This document shows, piece by piece, positions 55,793-64,000 of a stretch of DNA of 64,000 nucleotides. Numbering within the stretch: the stretch's first letter is position 1; the number at the start of each line of letters is the position of its first letter. The notes beneath the pieces are model-generated. The model was not told the origin of the DNA. It saw only the letters and a program-made list of their open reading frames with translations, and searched no databases. The stretch spans positions 29,716-93,715 of the forward strand of contig JAFZYC010000078.1 in NCBI GenBank assembly GCA_017616435.1. Reading direction: 5' to 3'. This DNA comes from Clostridia bacterium (lineage in GTDB: Bacteria > Bacillota > Clostridia > Christensenellales > CAG-138). The translations under genes were made by a program, and so were the position numbers.

Positions 55793-57900
55793 CAATCCTC
55801 TTCTTCGGTTTTCTTTGAGCCGGACTGTCTCAATACATAACCGCAGTTTTCGGTATCGGAGCACTGCTTGTAGCTTCCGTTCTTGCCTATCTTCTGTACC
55901 ATGTATTTGCCGCATTTCGGGCAGTTTTCTCCGGTGGGCTTGAGCCATGACACAAAATCGCATTCCGGGTGACGTTCGCATCCGTAGAACGCTCTGCCCT
56001 TTTTGGTGTGGAGCTTGATAAGATCCGACCCGCACTTGGGGCATTTTACGTTTATCTTCTCTACAATGGGCTTTGTGTTCTTACAGGTCGGATAGTTCGG
56101 GCAAGCGAGGAACTTGCCGAATCTGCCCACCTTGTAGACCATCATTGCGCCGCATTTATCGCACTTTACGTCGGAGACCTCGTCGGCTATCTTGATATGT
56201 TCGACGTTTTTGAACGCCTCCTCCACGGATTCCTCAAACGGACCGTAGAAGTCGCGAATGACCTTGCGCCACTGCTTTTTACCCTCCTCGACCTCGTCGA
56301 GCTTGGATTCCATATCCGCGGTGAAAGTAACGTCGACAATATCACTGAAATTATCCTTCATCAGCTGCGTCACGACAAAACCGAGCTCGGTCGGCAGAAG
56401 CTGCTTCTTTTCGCGGCAGACATATCCACGGTCGATGATCGTCGTGATAGTCGGCGAATAAGTGCTCGGACGGCCAATACCCTTTTCCTCGAGCGCTTTG
56501 ACCAAAGACGCCTCCGTGTAGCGTGCGGGCGGCTGAGTGAGATGCTTTACGCCAGAGATATCGTTAGCGGTCAAAGAAGAACCGACTTCTATCTCGGGAA
56601 GCGTACCCTCCTTCTCCTCAGTATCGTCGCTTGCCTCGGTATAGAGCTTCGTATAGCCGTCAAATACCGTCTTGATACCGCTCGCGCGATATGTGCAGGG
56701 TCCGGCATTGAAAGAAAGCTGAGTCGTTTCATAAACAGCGCTGGTCATCTGACTTGCGAGGAATCTGTCGTAGATGAGCTTGTAGAGCCTGTAAAGGCCG
56801 GATCTAAGCGAATCCTTGAGCATAGAGGGCTCGAGCAGCAGATTGGTAGGACGGATAGCTTCATGCGCGTCCTGAGCGTTGCTGCGGCCCTTATAAGTAT
56901 TGGGACGGGACGGAACGTACTTATCGCCGTACCCGGACTTGATGAACTCGAGCGCCATGGTCTGTGCTTCCGCAGAGACCCTTACGGAGTCGGTACGGAT
57001 ATAAGTAATGAGGCCGACGCTCCCCTTGCCGCCTATCTCAACGCCCTCGTAGAGCTGCTGAGCGAGACTCATTGTCATCTTCGGAGTAAGGCCGAGCTTG
57101 CGCGAAGCTTCCTGAAGCATGCTGCTCGTTGTAAAGGGCGCCGGCGCGTGACGGATCTTCTCTGTCTTCTTCTCATCGGACATAATGAACGGAACGCCGG
57201 TGCTCTGTTCTATCACCTTATTTGCATCGGCTTCGTTCCTGATATCGGTCTTTTCCCCGTTGTAGCCATAGAACTTTGCTTCAATAGGCTTTCTTGCATG
57301 AGGAACATGAAGATATGCGGTGATCGTCCAGTATTCTTCCGGATTGAAATCCATGATCTCCTGTTCGCGATCGCAGATGATTCTTGTCGCAACGGACTGG
57401 ACACGCCCGGCAGAAAGGCCTTTGCGGACCTTCGCCCAAAGAAGCGGGCTTATCTTATAGCCGACGAGCCTGTCTAGAACACGTCTTGCCTGCTGTGCGT
57501 CGACAAGGTTTTCGTCGATCGGACGCGCCTTCTTGATAGAAGCCTGCAGTACGGACTTTGTGATCTCATTGAATACAACGCGGCAGTTCTTGGCAGGATC
57601 CATCTTGAGAGCGGCGGCAAGATGCCAGGAAATCGCTTCTCCTTCGCGGTCAGGGTCGGTCGCGAGCAGGACTTTTTTAGCCTGCTTAGCTTCCTTCTTT
57701 ATCTTTTCGAGGACGTCTCCCCTGCCGCGCAGCGTGATGTACTTGGGCTCAAAATCATTTTCGATATCGACTCCCATCTGGCTTTTGGGCAGATCGCGGA
57801 TGTGGCCGTTGGAAGCGACGACCTTATACTTGGAGCCAAGATATTTTGCGATAGTCTTTGCTTTTGCGGGGGACTCAACGATTACGAGTGTGTCTGTCAT
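55792..57900 (-). CDS. topA: DNA topoisomerase I
   Basis: VESPAKAKTI, DPDREGE, SAGRVQS, ITYIRTDS (catalytic Tyr), AHEAIRPT, C-terminal zinc ribbons. Confidence 0.98.
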   Translation of the reverse strand: MTDTLVIVESPAKAKTIAKYLGSKYKVVASNGHIRDLPKSQMGVDIENDFEPKYITLRGRGDVLEKIKKEAKQAKKVLLATDPDREGEAISWHLAAALKMDPAKNCRVVFNEITKSVLQASIKKARPIDENLVDAQQARRVLDRLVGYKISPLLWAKVRKGLSAGRVQSVATRIICDREQEIMDFNPEEYWTITAYLHVPHARKPIEAKFYGYNGEKTDIRNEADANKVIEQSTGVPFIMSDEKKTEKIRHAPAPFTTSSMLQEASRKLGLTPKMTMSLAQQLYEGVEIGGKGSVGLITYIRTDSVRVSAEAQTMALEFIKSGYGDKYVPSRPNTYKGRSNAQDAHEAIRPTNLLLEPSMLKDSLRSGLYRLYKLIYDRFLASQMTSAVYETTQLSFNAGPCTYRASGIKTVFDGYTKLYTEASDDTEEKEGTLPEIEVGSSLTANDISGVKHLTQPPARYTEASLVKALEEKGIGRPSTYSPTITTIIDRGYVCREKKQLLPTELGFVVTQLMKDNFSDIVDVTFTADMESKLDEVEEGKKQWRKVIRDFYGPFEESVEEAFKNVEHIKIADEVSDVKCDKCGAMMVYKVGRFGKFLACPNYPTCKNTKPIVEKINVKCPKCGSDLIKLHTKKGRAFYGCERHPECDFVSWLKPTGENCPKCGKYMVQKIGKNGSYKQCSDTENCGYVLRQSGSKKTEEED

Positions 57901-57949
57901 AGTGTTTCTTAGGTGTCCTTTCGATAGATAGTGCCTTTATTTCCGGCTG

Positions 57950-59074
57950 TTAAACAGCATATATACCATTCGGTAATTGCTTTATTATTCCCGATAATTC
58001 CATTTCTGTCAAGTATGTATTCAGTTCTGCGACCGAATAACCCAGCTTTTCGCACAGTTCGTCCGCGGATTTTTCGCCGAGCAGAAGCTCTTCGAGTATA
58101 AGCGCCTGCTCGTGAGGAAGGTCGCGGGACTTGGCTTTTACAGACGGCGGAGCTTTGAATCCGGTGAAAACGCCGTATTCATACATGATGTCGTCAACGC
58201 CGAACACCGCTTTAGCCGCGCCGCTCTTTATCAAGCCGTTAGTGCCCACGCTCATAAGATCGTTCAGCCTTCCCGGAACGGCGAAAACGTCCCTGCCCTG
58301 ATCGTGAGCGTATCCTACAGTAATGCTGGTGCCGCTGTGGACGCCCGCTTCGATAACGAGAACGCCCTTTGAAAGCCCGCTGATGATGCGGTTCCTTTGC
58401 GGAAAGCTTCCCCTTGGGGGCTTGCTGAAGGGTTTGTATTCGGATACGACCGCACCGCGCTCGGCTATCATATCATAAAGTTTATGACTGCTTTGCGGAT
58501 ACACGTCGTTTATTGCGGTACCCAAGACCGCTATTGTCGGATAATCCTTGTCGGTTGAAAGCGCGCCCTGAGCCGCTATCGAATCACAGCCCGCGGCCAT
58601 TCCCGATATCACGCAAGCGCCTTCGTTCGCTAGTTCCCTTCCGAAGTATTCCGCCATCTCCTTTCCGTAATCGGAGCATTTGCGGGAGCCGATGACCGCT
58701 ATAGGATACTTGACTTCCGCTTGAAGTCTGCCCTTGACATACAGGACAGTAGGCGGATCGTAGATCTCGCGAAGGAGCTTGGGATAATCCTCCCCCGACC
58801 TTGTTACTGCGTATACGCCGCAATTGTCAAGTGTGCTTATGAAATCATCTATGCACGCGTCGCTGCAGGATGATAAGAGCGCCTGCTGCTGGATGGGTTT
58901 TATGCCGTCGGGGAAGCGTAAAGTTCTCCCGCTGCGGGCAGAAGTAAAGAGAGGTATAAGACCGTCGTTTGCGTAGACGAGCTGTTCCGTTGAAACTACG
59001 CTGGATCCTAAAGTCATGTTCAGCCATAACCAGGCTCTGTCTTTTTCGGAATACTCTCTCATAGTCAGGATCAT
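57950..59074 (-). CDS. dprA: DNA-processing protein DprA
   Basis: IYDPPTVLYVKG, VIGSR, FPQRNRIISGLS, GRDVFAVPG, C-terminal winged helix. Confidence 0.95.
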   Translation of the reverse strand: MILTMREYSEKDRAWLWLNMTLGSSVVSTEQLVYANDGLIPLFTSARSGRTLRFPDGIKPIQQQALLSSCSDACIDDFISTLDNCGVYAVTRSGEDYPKLLREIYDPPTVLYVKGRLQAEVKYPIAVIGSRKCSDYGKEMAEYFGRELANEGACVISGMAAGCDSIAAQGALSTDKDYPTIAVLGTAINDVYPQSSHKLYDMIAERGAVVSEYKPFSKPPRGSFPQRNRIISGLSKGVLVIEAGVHSGTSITVGYAHDQGRDVFAVPGRLNDLMSVGTNGLIKSGAAKAVFGVDDIMYEYGVFTGFKAPPSVKAKSRDLPHEQALILEELLLGEKSADELCEKLGYSVAELNTYLTEMELSGIIKQLPNGIYAV

Positions 59075-60603
59075 CTTGCGCCCCAGTATTTTTCGTCAAG
59101 GCCGCGATACTGGACAGCTTCAAGAACATGCGCCTTTCCGATCGTATCCTTGCCTTCGATATCGGCGATAGTCCTTGCTACTTTTATGACGCGTGTATAA
59201 GCCCTTGCAGAAAGCTTGAACTTATAATATGCGGAATGCAGCAGCTCCTCCGCTTCTGCCGTCATACGGCAGTATTTTCGCATAAGAGGCGTTGTGAGCT
59301 GAGAGTTGAATAAGATTCCATCATCCTTATAACGCTCCTTCTGGCGCTTTCTGGCGGCCGTAACGCGGGCTCTGATGGCTGCGGATGATTCGCCGGCCTT
59401 TGCGGAGGTAAGATCGTCGTAGTTGACTTCATTCATCTCAACATGGATATCAAGCCTGTCAAGAAGCGGCGAGCTTATCCTATTACGGTATTTTTCGATC
59501 TGAACGGCGGAACAGCGACATTCCTTCGTCTTTGAACCGTAATTACCGCAAGGGCACGGGTTCATTGCGGCTACGAGCATGAACTCTGCGGGGAACTCCG
59601 TCTTTGCGGCTGCGCGTGTGATCGTGATTACACCGTCCTCAAGCGGCTGACGAAGCGCCTCTAGCACGGTCGAAGGAAACTGAGGAAACTCATCCATGAA
59701 CAGCACGCCGTAATGTGCGAGGCTTATCTCCCCGGGCAGGGCCCTCGATCCTCCTCCAACCAGCGCAGGAATGGACGCGGAATGATGCGGAGACCTGAAC
59801 GGGCGCTCGGTCACGATTCCCGTTCGCCCCTTGAGTTCGCCTGCTACGGAATGTATGCGTGTTATCTCAAGCGATTCCTCCATCGTGAGTTCCGGGAGTA
59901 TAGACGGTATGCTCCTTGCGAGCATGGTTTTTCCCGAACCCGGGCTGCCAATTAGCAATAGGTTGTGATTACCGGCGACCGCGATCTCAGCCGCGCGTTT
60001 TGCGGCCATCTGGCCCTTGATCTCGGAGAAGTCATAAGGAAACGTCTTCTTCTGCTCGCTCCATTTGAGCGGCGGATTCGGAGGGATCACTGCAGTGCCA
60101 TTAAGATGCCCGCATGCTTCGTTCAGAGAACGAACGGGGATAACGTTCATATCCGAGAAGAAGGATGCTTCCGCTGCGTTATCAAAAGGCAGCATGATAT
60201 TGCGGAAGCCGCGTTCGTGCGCGTTTATGACCATTGGAAGGACTCCGGTCACGGAACGGACTTTACCGTCCAAGGCAAGCTCGCCAATGATTATGTAATC
60301 ATCTGCTGAATGGAGCGGGATAACGCCTCTGGCGGCGAGAATACCCAAGGCGATGGGCAGATCGTAGACCGTGCCCTCTTTTCGGATATCGGCAGGGGCA
60401 AGATTTACAAGCACGCGCATCTCGGGGTAATTATACCCGCTGTTGACGATCGCAGAACGAACGCGCTCACGGGATTCCTTAACGGCGTTATCGGGCAGGC
60501 CGACAGTATCCGCGCGCTGCATGCCGCGGGAAATGTCGACCTCGACACTGATCGGACAGCCCTCTATGCCTATGAGTCCGTAGCTGTTCAGCTTTGCGAG
60601 CAT
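59071..60603 (-). CDS. comM: YifB/ComM Mg-chelatase-like AAA+ ATPase
   Basis: VGLPDNAVKESRER, NLAPADIRKEG, GSPGSGKTMLA, RPFRSPHH, NPCPCG, LSARAY. Confidence 0.94.
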   Translation of the reverse strand: MLAKLNSYGLIGIEGCPISVEVDISRGMQRADTVGLPDNAVKESRERVRSAIVNSGYNYPEMRVLVNLAPADIRKEGTVYDLPIALGILAARGVIPLHSADDYIIIGELALDGKVRSVTGVLPMVINAHERGFRNIMLPFDNAAEASFFSDMNVIPVRSLNEACGHLNGTAVIPPNPPLKWSEQKKTFPYDFSEIKGQMAAKRAAEIAVAGNHNLLLIGSPGSGKTMLARSIPSILPELTMEESLEITRIHSVAGELKGRTGIVTERPFRSPHHSASIPALVGGGSRALPGEISLAHYGVLFMDEFPQFPSTVLEALRQPLEDGVITITRAAAKTEFPAEFMLVAAMNPCPCGNYGSKTKECRCSAVQIEKYRNRISSPLLDRLDIHVEMNEVNYDDLTSAKAGESSAAIRARVTAARKRQKERYKDDGILFNSQLTTPLMRKYCRMTAEAEELLHSAYYKFKLSARAYTRVIKVARTIADIEGKDTIGKAHVLEAVQYRGLDEKYWGAR

Positions 60604-61140
60604 TTACTCTTCTGCCTTTCCTTCTTCTTTGCGTTTGAAAACGAATAGCTTGTTGAGAATAAAGTTTACCGGGATACAGATGCATGTAGCGAGCAGCGAG
60701 CAGAACAGATCCCCGGTTATGACCTTCCTGATGATCCCGGGAAGCTCAAGTCCCATCCAGTAATCGTTAAGATGGAGCAGATCTTTAAATATCTTAATGA
60801 GCCCGAATGAGATTAGAAGCACTGCGATATTGACTGTGATAAAGCTGATCTTTTCACGCGCATCCCTTCTGCGTTCTTCACGGAAGGTCCAGCTGCTGTT
60901 CAAAATATAACTGTTGAGTATGCCGCAGCCGTAGCCGACGGTCTTTGCCGCATAAACGATCCATCCGCCGCTGAAAATGAGATTCAGCACGAATGAAACG
61001 ATCGTATTGACGATCATGTCGACGACGGTATTGCTCGCGCCGACAACGGCGAACTTCAAAAGCTGTATAAGGCTCTTCCCCTTCTTGGGTTCGGTCTTCT
61101 CGGCTTTTTCGTATTCAGATTCAAAATTAATGTTTTCCAT
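60604..61140 (-). CDS. GtrA-family membrane protein
   Basis: QLLKFAVVGASNTVVD, NSYILNSSWTF, NFILNKLFVF. Confidence 0.9.
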   Translation of the reverse strand: MENINFESEYEKAEKTEPKKGKSLIQLLKFAVVGASNTVVDMIVNTIVSFVLNLIFSGGWIVYAAKTVGYGCGILNSYILNSSWTFREERRRDAREKISFITVNIAVLLISFGLIKIFKDLLHLNDYWMGLELPGIIRKVITGDLFCSLLATCICIPVNFILNKLFVFKRKEEGKAEE

Positions 61141-61149
61141 TTATCTGCC

Positions 61150-63969
61150 TTACTTCTGTATGATAGTGAGCTGTCCGTCAGTGATCTGTCGAGGCTCGTA
61201 ATCGAGGAAGCGCCAACCCATCCTCAATGTGCGGATCACGTTGCCGTCCGCGTCGCGGATCTCCCATTTATGGAAAGGAACCCACTGCAGGATTGCGATG
61301 TACTCATACGGGACTTCCATACCGGAAATGACCGGATAGAACAGTATGAACATAAGGCCGGCAATTACCATCCAGATATACTTTATCTTGGGCACTATAC
61401 CGGGCGACTGCTTCTTTTCGGCCTTCTTCAATGCATCGACGTCCTCCCAGTAGCCGATCAGATATCCGGTTGCAAGCGTGATATAAGGCACTGTAGCGAA
61501 GAAATGATACGCGTACGTGCTCCTTGTAACGAATACCCAGGGCAGCAGCGACGATGCTATGCACACGAACAGGAAGTACGGCTCAAGCGGGAATTTTCTC
61601 CTGTGGAAGATGAGCACGACGATCAAAATTAATGTCGCAATATTGCAGAACAGCCACACCGCCGGATTACCGAAAGTGCTGATCGTGCCTACGTATCCAT
61701 GCGGATTATCGTGGCCTCCTACATAGAACCATGTCGGGCGGAGATTCGCAAGCCACATCCACCAGGGAGAAGCGGCGGAGTGATCGGACTTGAGCTGGCT
61801 GTGGTAATTATACATATCCTGCTGGTTCTTGATAACGCCGCTGATATAGGTATTGACGGAATCGGTGAATCCGAGCTTGACTTCGGAAGAGGAAGCGTAT
61901 TCCTCAGTATTCGCTGCGTAGATCTGCGCTTGCCTTGCGGGCTTCCACTGAGCGGAATAGTAGCGGCAGTAGGAGGCGCAGTAAATAACAGCGGGAACGA
62001 CTATGAAGAATATGACGCACCAGCAGCAGAGCGTGAGCACGTTGCTCCAGTACTTCTTGACGAGCTTCCTGTCCTTGTACTTTGCGAGCCTGGAGAGCCG
62101 ATAGCTCTTCCTGCCCATTATGACAAGCTTGACAAAGAACATGAGCGCAAGTCCCGCTCCGGTATAGAGACAGATCCATTTGCTTGCGCATCCGAGCCCG
62201 AAGAATATGCCGGAGAGCGCGAGAGGCTTCATCATGCTCTTAACGCTGTCGCCTATGTCCATAGATATGAACTCGTACATGAAGTACGTCATCAGCAGTA
62301 TGAAGAACACGCCGTATACGTCGACAGTCGCGATCCTCGTCTGCGTAAAGTGCATGAAATCGAATGTGAACAGGAATGTCGAGAAAAGAGCAAGCTCCGA
62401 TCGTTTAAGCAAGCGTTTGCCGAAGCAGTACATTATCGGCACCATGAATATTCCAAATAAAGTGCCCATCACACGCCAGCCGAAGGGCTTCATCCCGAAT
62501 ATGAGAATGCCTAAAGCTATTATCAGTTTGCCAAGCGGCGGATGAGTCCATTCGTAAACGGACATGTTATTGATATGTTCCAGCGCGGTACGGCCGTGGT
62601 AGAGCTCGTCGAAATACATGCCGTTGAAGTAATTGGGGTACTTGGGAACGGTCTTTTGCTCATCGAAAAGCGCCGCTGCAGACTCGTCTACTGTGCAGTT
62701 GATGATTTCTCCGTTCTCATCGAAGAATACCAGTTCGTTCATTATGAGATCCGGATCATTGGGCCTTCCTGTATCGCCGCCCAATACTTCGAGCGTCACT
62801 CCCGTTGTCGCGGTCGGATCGTTATCGAGCTTCGCCCAGCGGAACATATGGCCGTATTCTGTCCTGTTTTTGGACGAGAATGCGATCTCTTCGCCGTTGT
62901 CGGTCCTTAAAACGTAATTGGTATAAGAAATGCCAGAATTCTGCCAAACCTCGGAGATCGTGTACGTTCCGCCGAAGTCTATCCTTACGGTATCACCCGC
63001 ATAACCGTTCCATGCGTTGGTCGGGAAGCTCAGCGTTCCGAGACGGAACAGAGCAATGAAACCGTAGACTACAGTCAGCGCTATGATATAGATCCTGTCC
63101 TTCTTTGTGAAGTGTAACTTCAGATCGGTCGGGTGCGGCATTACGTCGGATCTTGTGTCGAAGAAAGACCTTCCTTTAAGCTCTTGCATGGGAGAAAGCT
63201 TGCGAGCCTTGTCATTCGTATAGCTCGAAACGGAAGGCAGCGGCTCCCCTGTTTTTACGCTATTTTTGTTTTTACGGACAATGAACCAGATCGCAGCTGC
63301 AGCGATAAGAAGCGCGGCCGCGCAGACAAGGACTATCGGGAGCACGTTTCCGTTTTCATCGCCAGCGTCGTCGTCCGATACTTCGCCGCTGTAAAAAGGC
63401 ATAACGTCGCCCTCCCAGCTGTCGAGCTTTTCGATAGTGAAATCATCGAACCATGCCTGCCCGTGAGAGATCGCGCTGTATCCGCCGATACGGCAGGAAA
63501 CCACGAGGTATGTCTGCTCGGGGCCGGTCTTGCCCACGAGCTCGACAAGCGTCCAATCATTTGTGCCATATAAGCCGTCGGACGTCGCAATGATCTCGCG
63601 AAGCGCGATATTTGCTCCGGCGCCGTTTTCCACGTTCTTGGTCTTTATGTAACAGCTCAAACGATAGATCGAAAGCGGTTCAACGGCGATCTTTTGGAAT
63701 ACGGCGGCGTCGTCATCGGAATTCGCGCTTATATAGAGCACCGTCGAAGACCTATCATCATCAAACTCACAGAACGCAGATGAGTTGCCGTAGTTCTCTT
63801 TGTATTCCTCTTCGTAGGAATGGAAACTCCAAAAGCTCGGAAAATTATCCGCACCGTCGTGGTCTTCAAATCCGCCGTTCCTGATAAGGTCAGCGTTTTC
63901 GCCGAATACCGGCGAGGCGGCGGCTATTACGAATATTATGGCAAGAAGTATGGGCAGTATCTTCTTCAC
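61150..63969 (-). CDS. GT39/PMT-like lipid-carrier-dependent glycosyltransferase with an N-terminal carbohydrate-binding-like domain
   Basis: Signal peptide; LIRNGGFE CBM4/9-like domain; YFDELYH (DE motif), HPPLGK, WR, TRIA, SKW, YHSQL..H..ASPWW.W, GNPAVW; many TM helices; GTG start behind AAAGGA. Confidence 0.88.
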   Translation of the reverse strand: MKKILPILLAIIFVIAAASPVFGENADLIRNGGFEDHDGADNFPSFWSFHSYEEEYKENYGNSSAFCEFDDDRSSTVLYISANSDDDAAVFQKIAVEPLSIYRLSCYIKTKNVENGAGANIALREIIATSDGLYGTNDWTLVELVGKTGPEQTYLVVSCRIGGYSAISHGQAWFDDFTIEKLDSWEGDVMPFYSGEVSDDDAGDENGNVLPIVLVCAAALLIAAAAIWFIVRKNKNSVKTGEPLPSVSSYTNDKARKLSPMQELKGRSFFDTRSDVMPHPTDLKLHFTKKDRIYIIALTVVYGFIALFRLGTLSFPTNAWNGYAGDTVRIDFGGTYTISEVWQNSGISYTNYVLRTDNGEEIAFSSKNRTEYGHMFRWAKLDNDPTATTGVTLEVLGGDTGRPNDPDLIMNELVFFDENGEIINCTVDESAAALFDEQKTVPKYPNYFNGMYFDELYHGRTALEHINNMSVYEWTHPPLGKLIIALGILIFGMKPFGWRVMGTLFGIFMVPIMYCFGKRLLKRSELALFSTFLFTFDFMHFTQTRIATVDVYGVFFILLMTYFMYEFISMDIGDSVKSMMKPLALSGIFFGLGCASKWICLYTGAGLALMFFVKLVIMGRKSYRLSRLAKYKDRKLVKKYWSNVLTLCCWCVIFFIVVPAVIYCASYCRYYSAQWKPARQAQIYAANTEEYASSSEVKLGFTDSVNTYISGVIKNQQDMYNYHSQLKSDHSAASPWWMWLANLRPTWFYVGGHDNPHGYVGTISTFGNPAVWLFCNIATLILIVVLIFHRRKFPLEPYFLFVCIASSLLPWVFVTRSTYAYHFFATVPYITLATGYLIGYWEDVDALKKAEKKQSPGIVPKIKYIWMVIAGLMFILFYPVISGMEVPYEYIAILQWVPFHKWEIRDADGNVIRTLRMGWRFLDYEPRQITDGQLTIIQK

Positions 63970-64000
63970 AGCAGATGGTCCTTTCTGTTATTCCGACAAT

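Noticed and set aside
55969-57477. 502-aa plus-strand ORF
   Set aside because: Antisense shadow of topA.
1-64000. Polarity switch of KOPS-like GGGNAGGG motifs to support the dif hypothesis
   Set aside because: The few copies spotted by eye occur on both strands; a proper count is needed, so this was not used as evidence.

Overview
64 kb of chromosomal DNA from a spore-forming Clostridia-class Firmicute, possibly Christensenellales-like (inferred from gene content: PolC, spoVT, spoVAD/E, T-box, dockerin). Most genes are on the minus strand. From left to right: (1) a divergent sirtuin/lpdA pair; (2) a complete oxidative (Stickland) ornithine operon, ord-ortA-ortB-oraS-oraE-reactivase-orr, extended by alr and a family-4 UDG; (3) a secreted dockerin-bearing zinc metalloprotease; (4) a stand-alone Xer-like tyrosine recombinase with a perfect 15-6-15 inverted repeat over its promoter; (5) rnhA, nitroreductase and uvrBA; (6) a 56-aa membrane ORF missing from the ORF track, an enlarged ECF S component, T-box-leuS, spoVT and an ABC/GntR operon; (7) pyrH-frr-(small ORF)-uppS-cdsA-dxr-rseP-ispG-polC; (8) an EF-G paralog; (9) an AT-rich two-gene islet and a structured tRNA-linked element beside tRNA-Tyr; (10) type II PanK, a VanW protein and spoVAD/E; (11) a long minus-strand run: PMT-like glycosyltransferase, gtrA, comM, dprA, topA, trmFO, hslV, hslU, cell-wall hydrolase, trmL, eda. 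No CRISPR array, rRNA, transposase or prophage was seen. Strongest leads: a candidate single-recombinase dif-like site; a PolC that has lost all exonuclease catalytic residues and also shows Gly at the third polymerase Asp (possibly a base error); a CBM-fused protein O-mannosyltransferase-like gene paired with gtrA; and the tRNA-3'-duplicating hairpin element. All calls come from reading motifs by eye; no database search was run.
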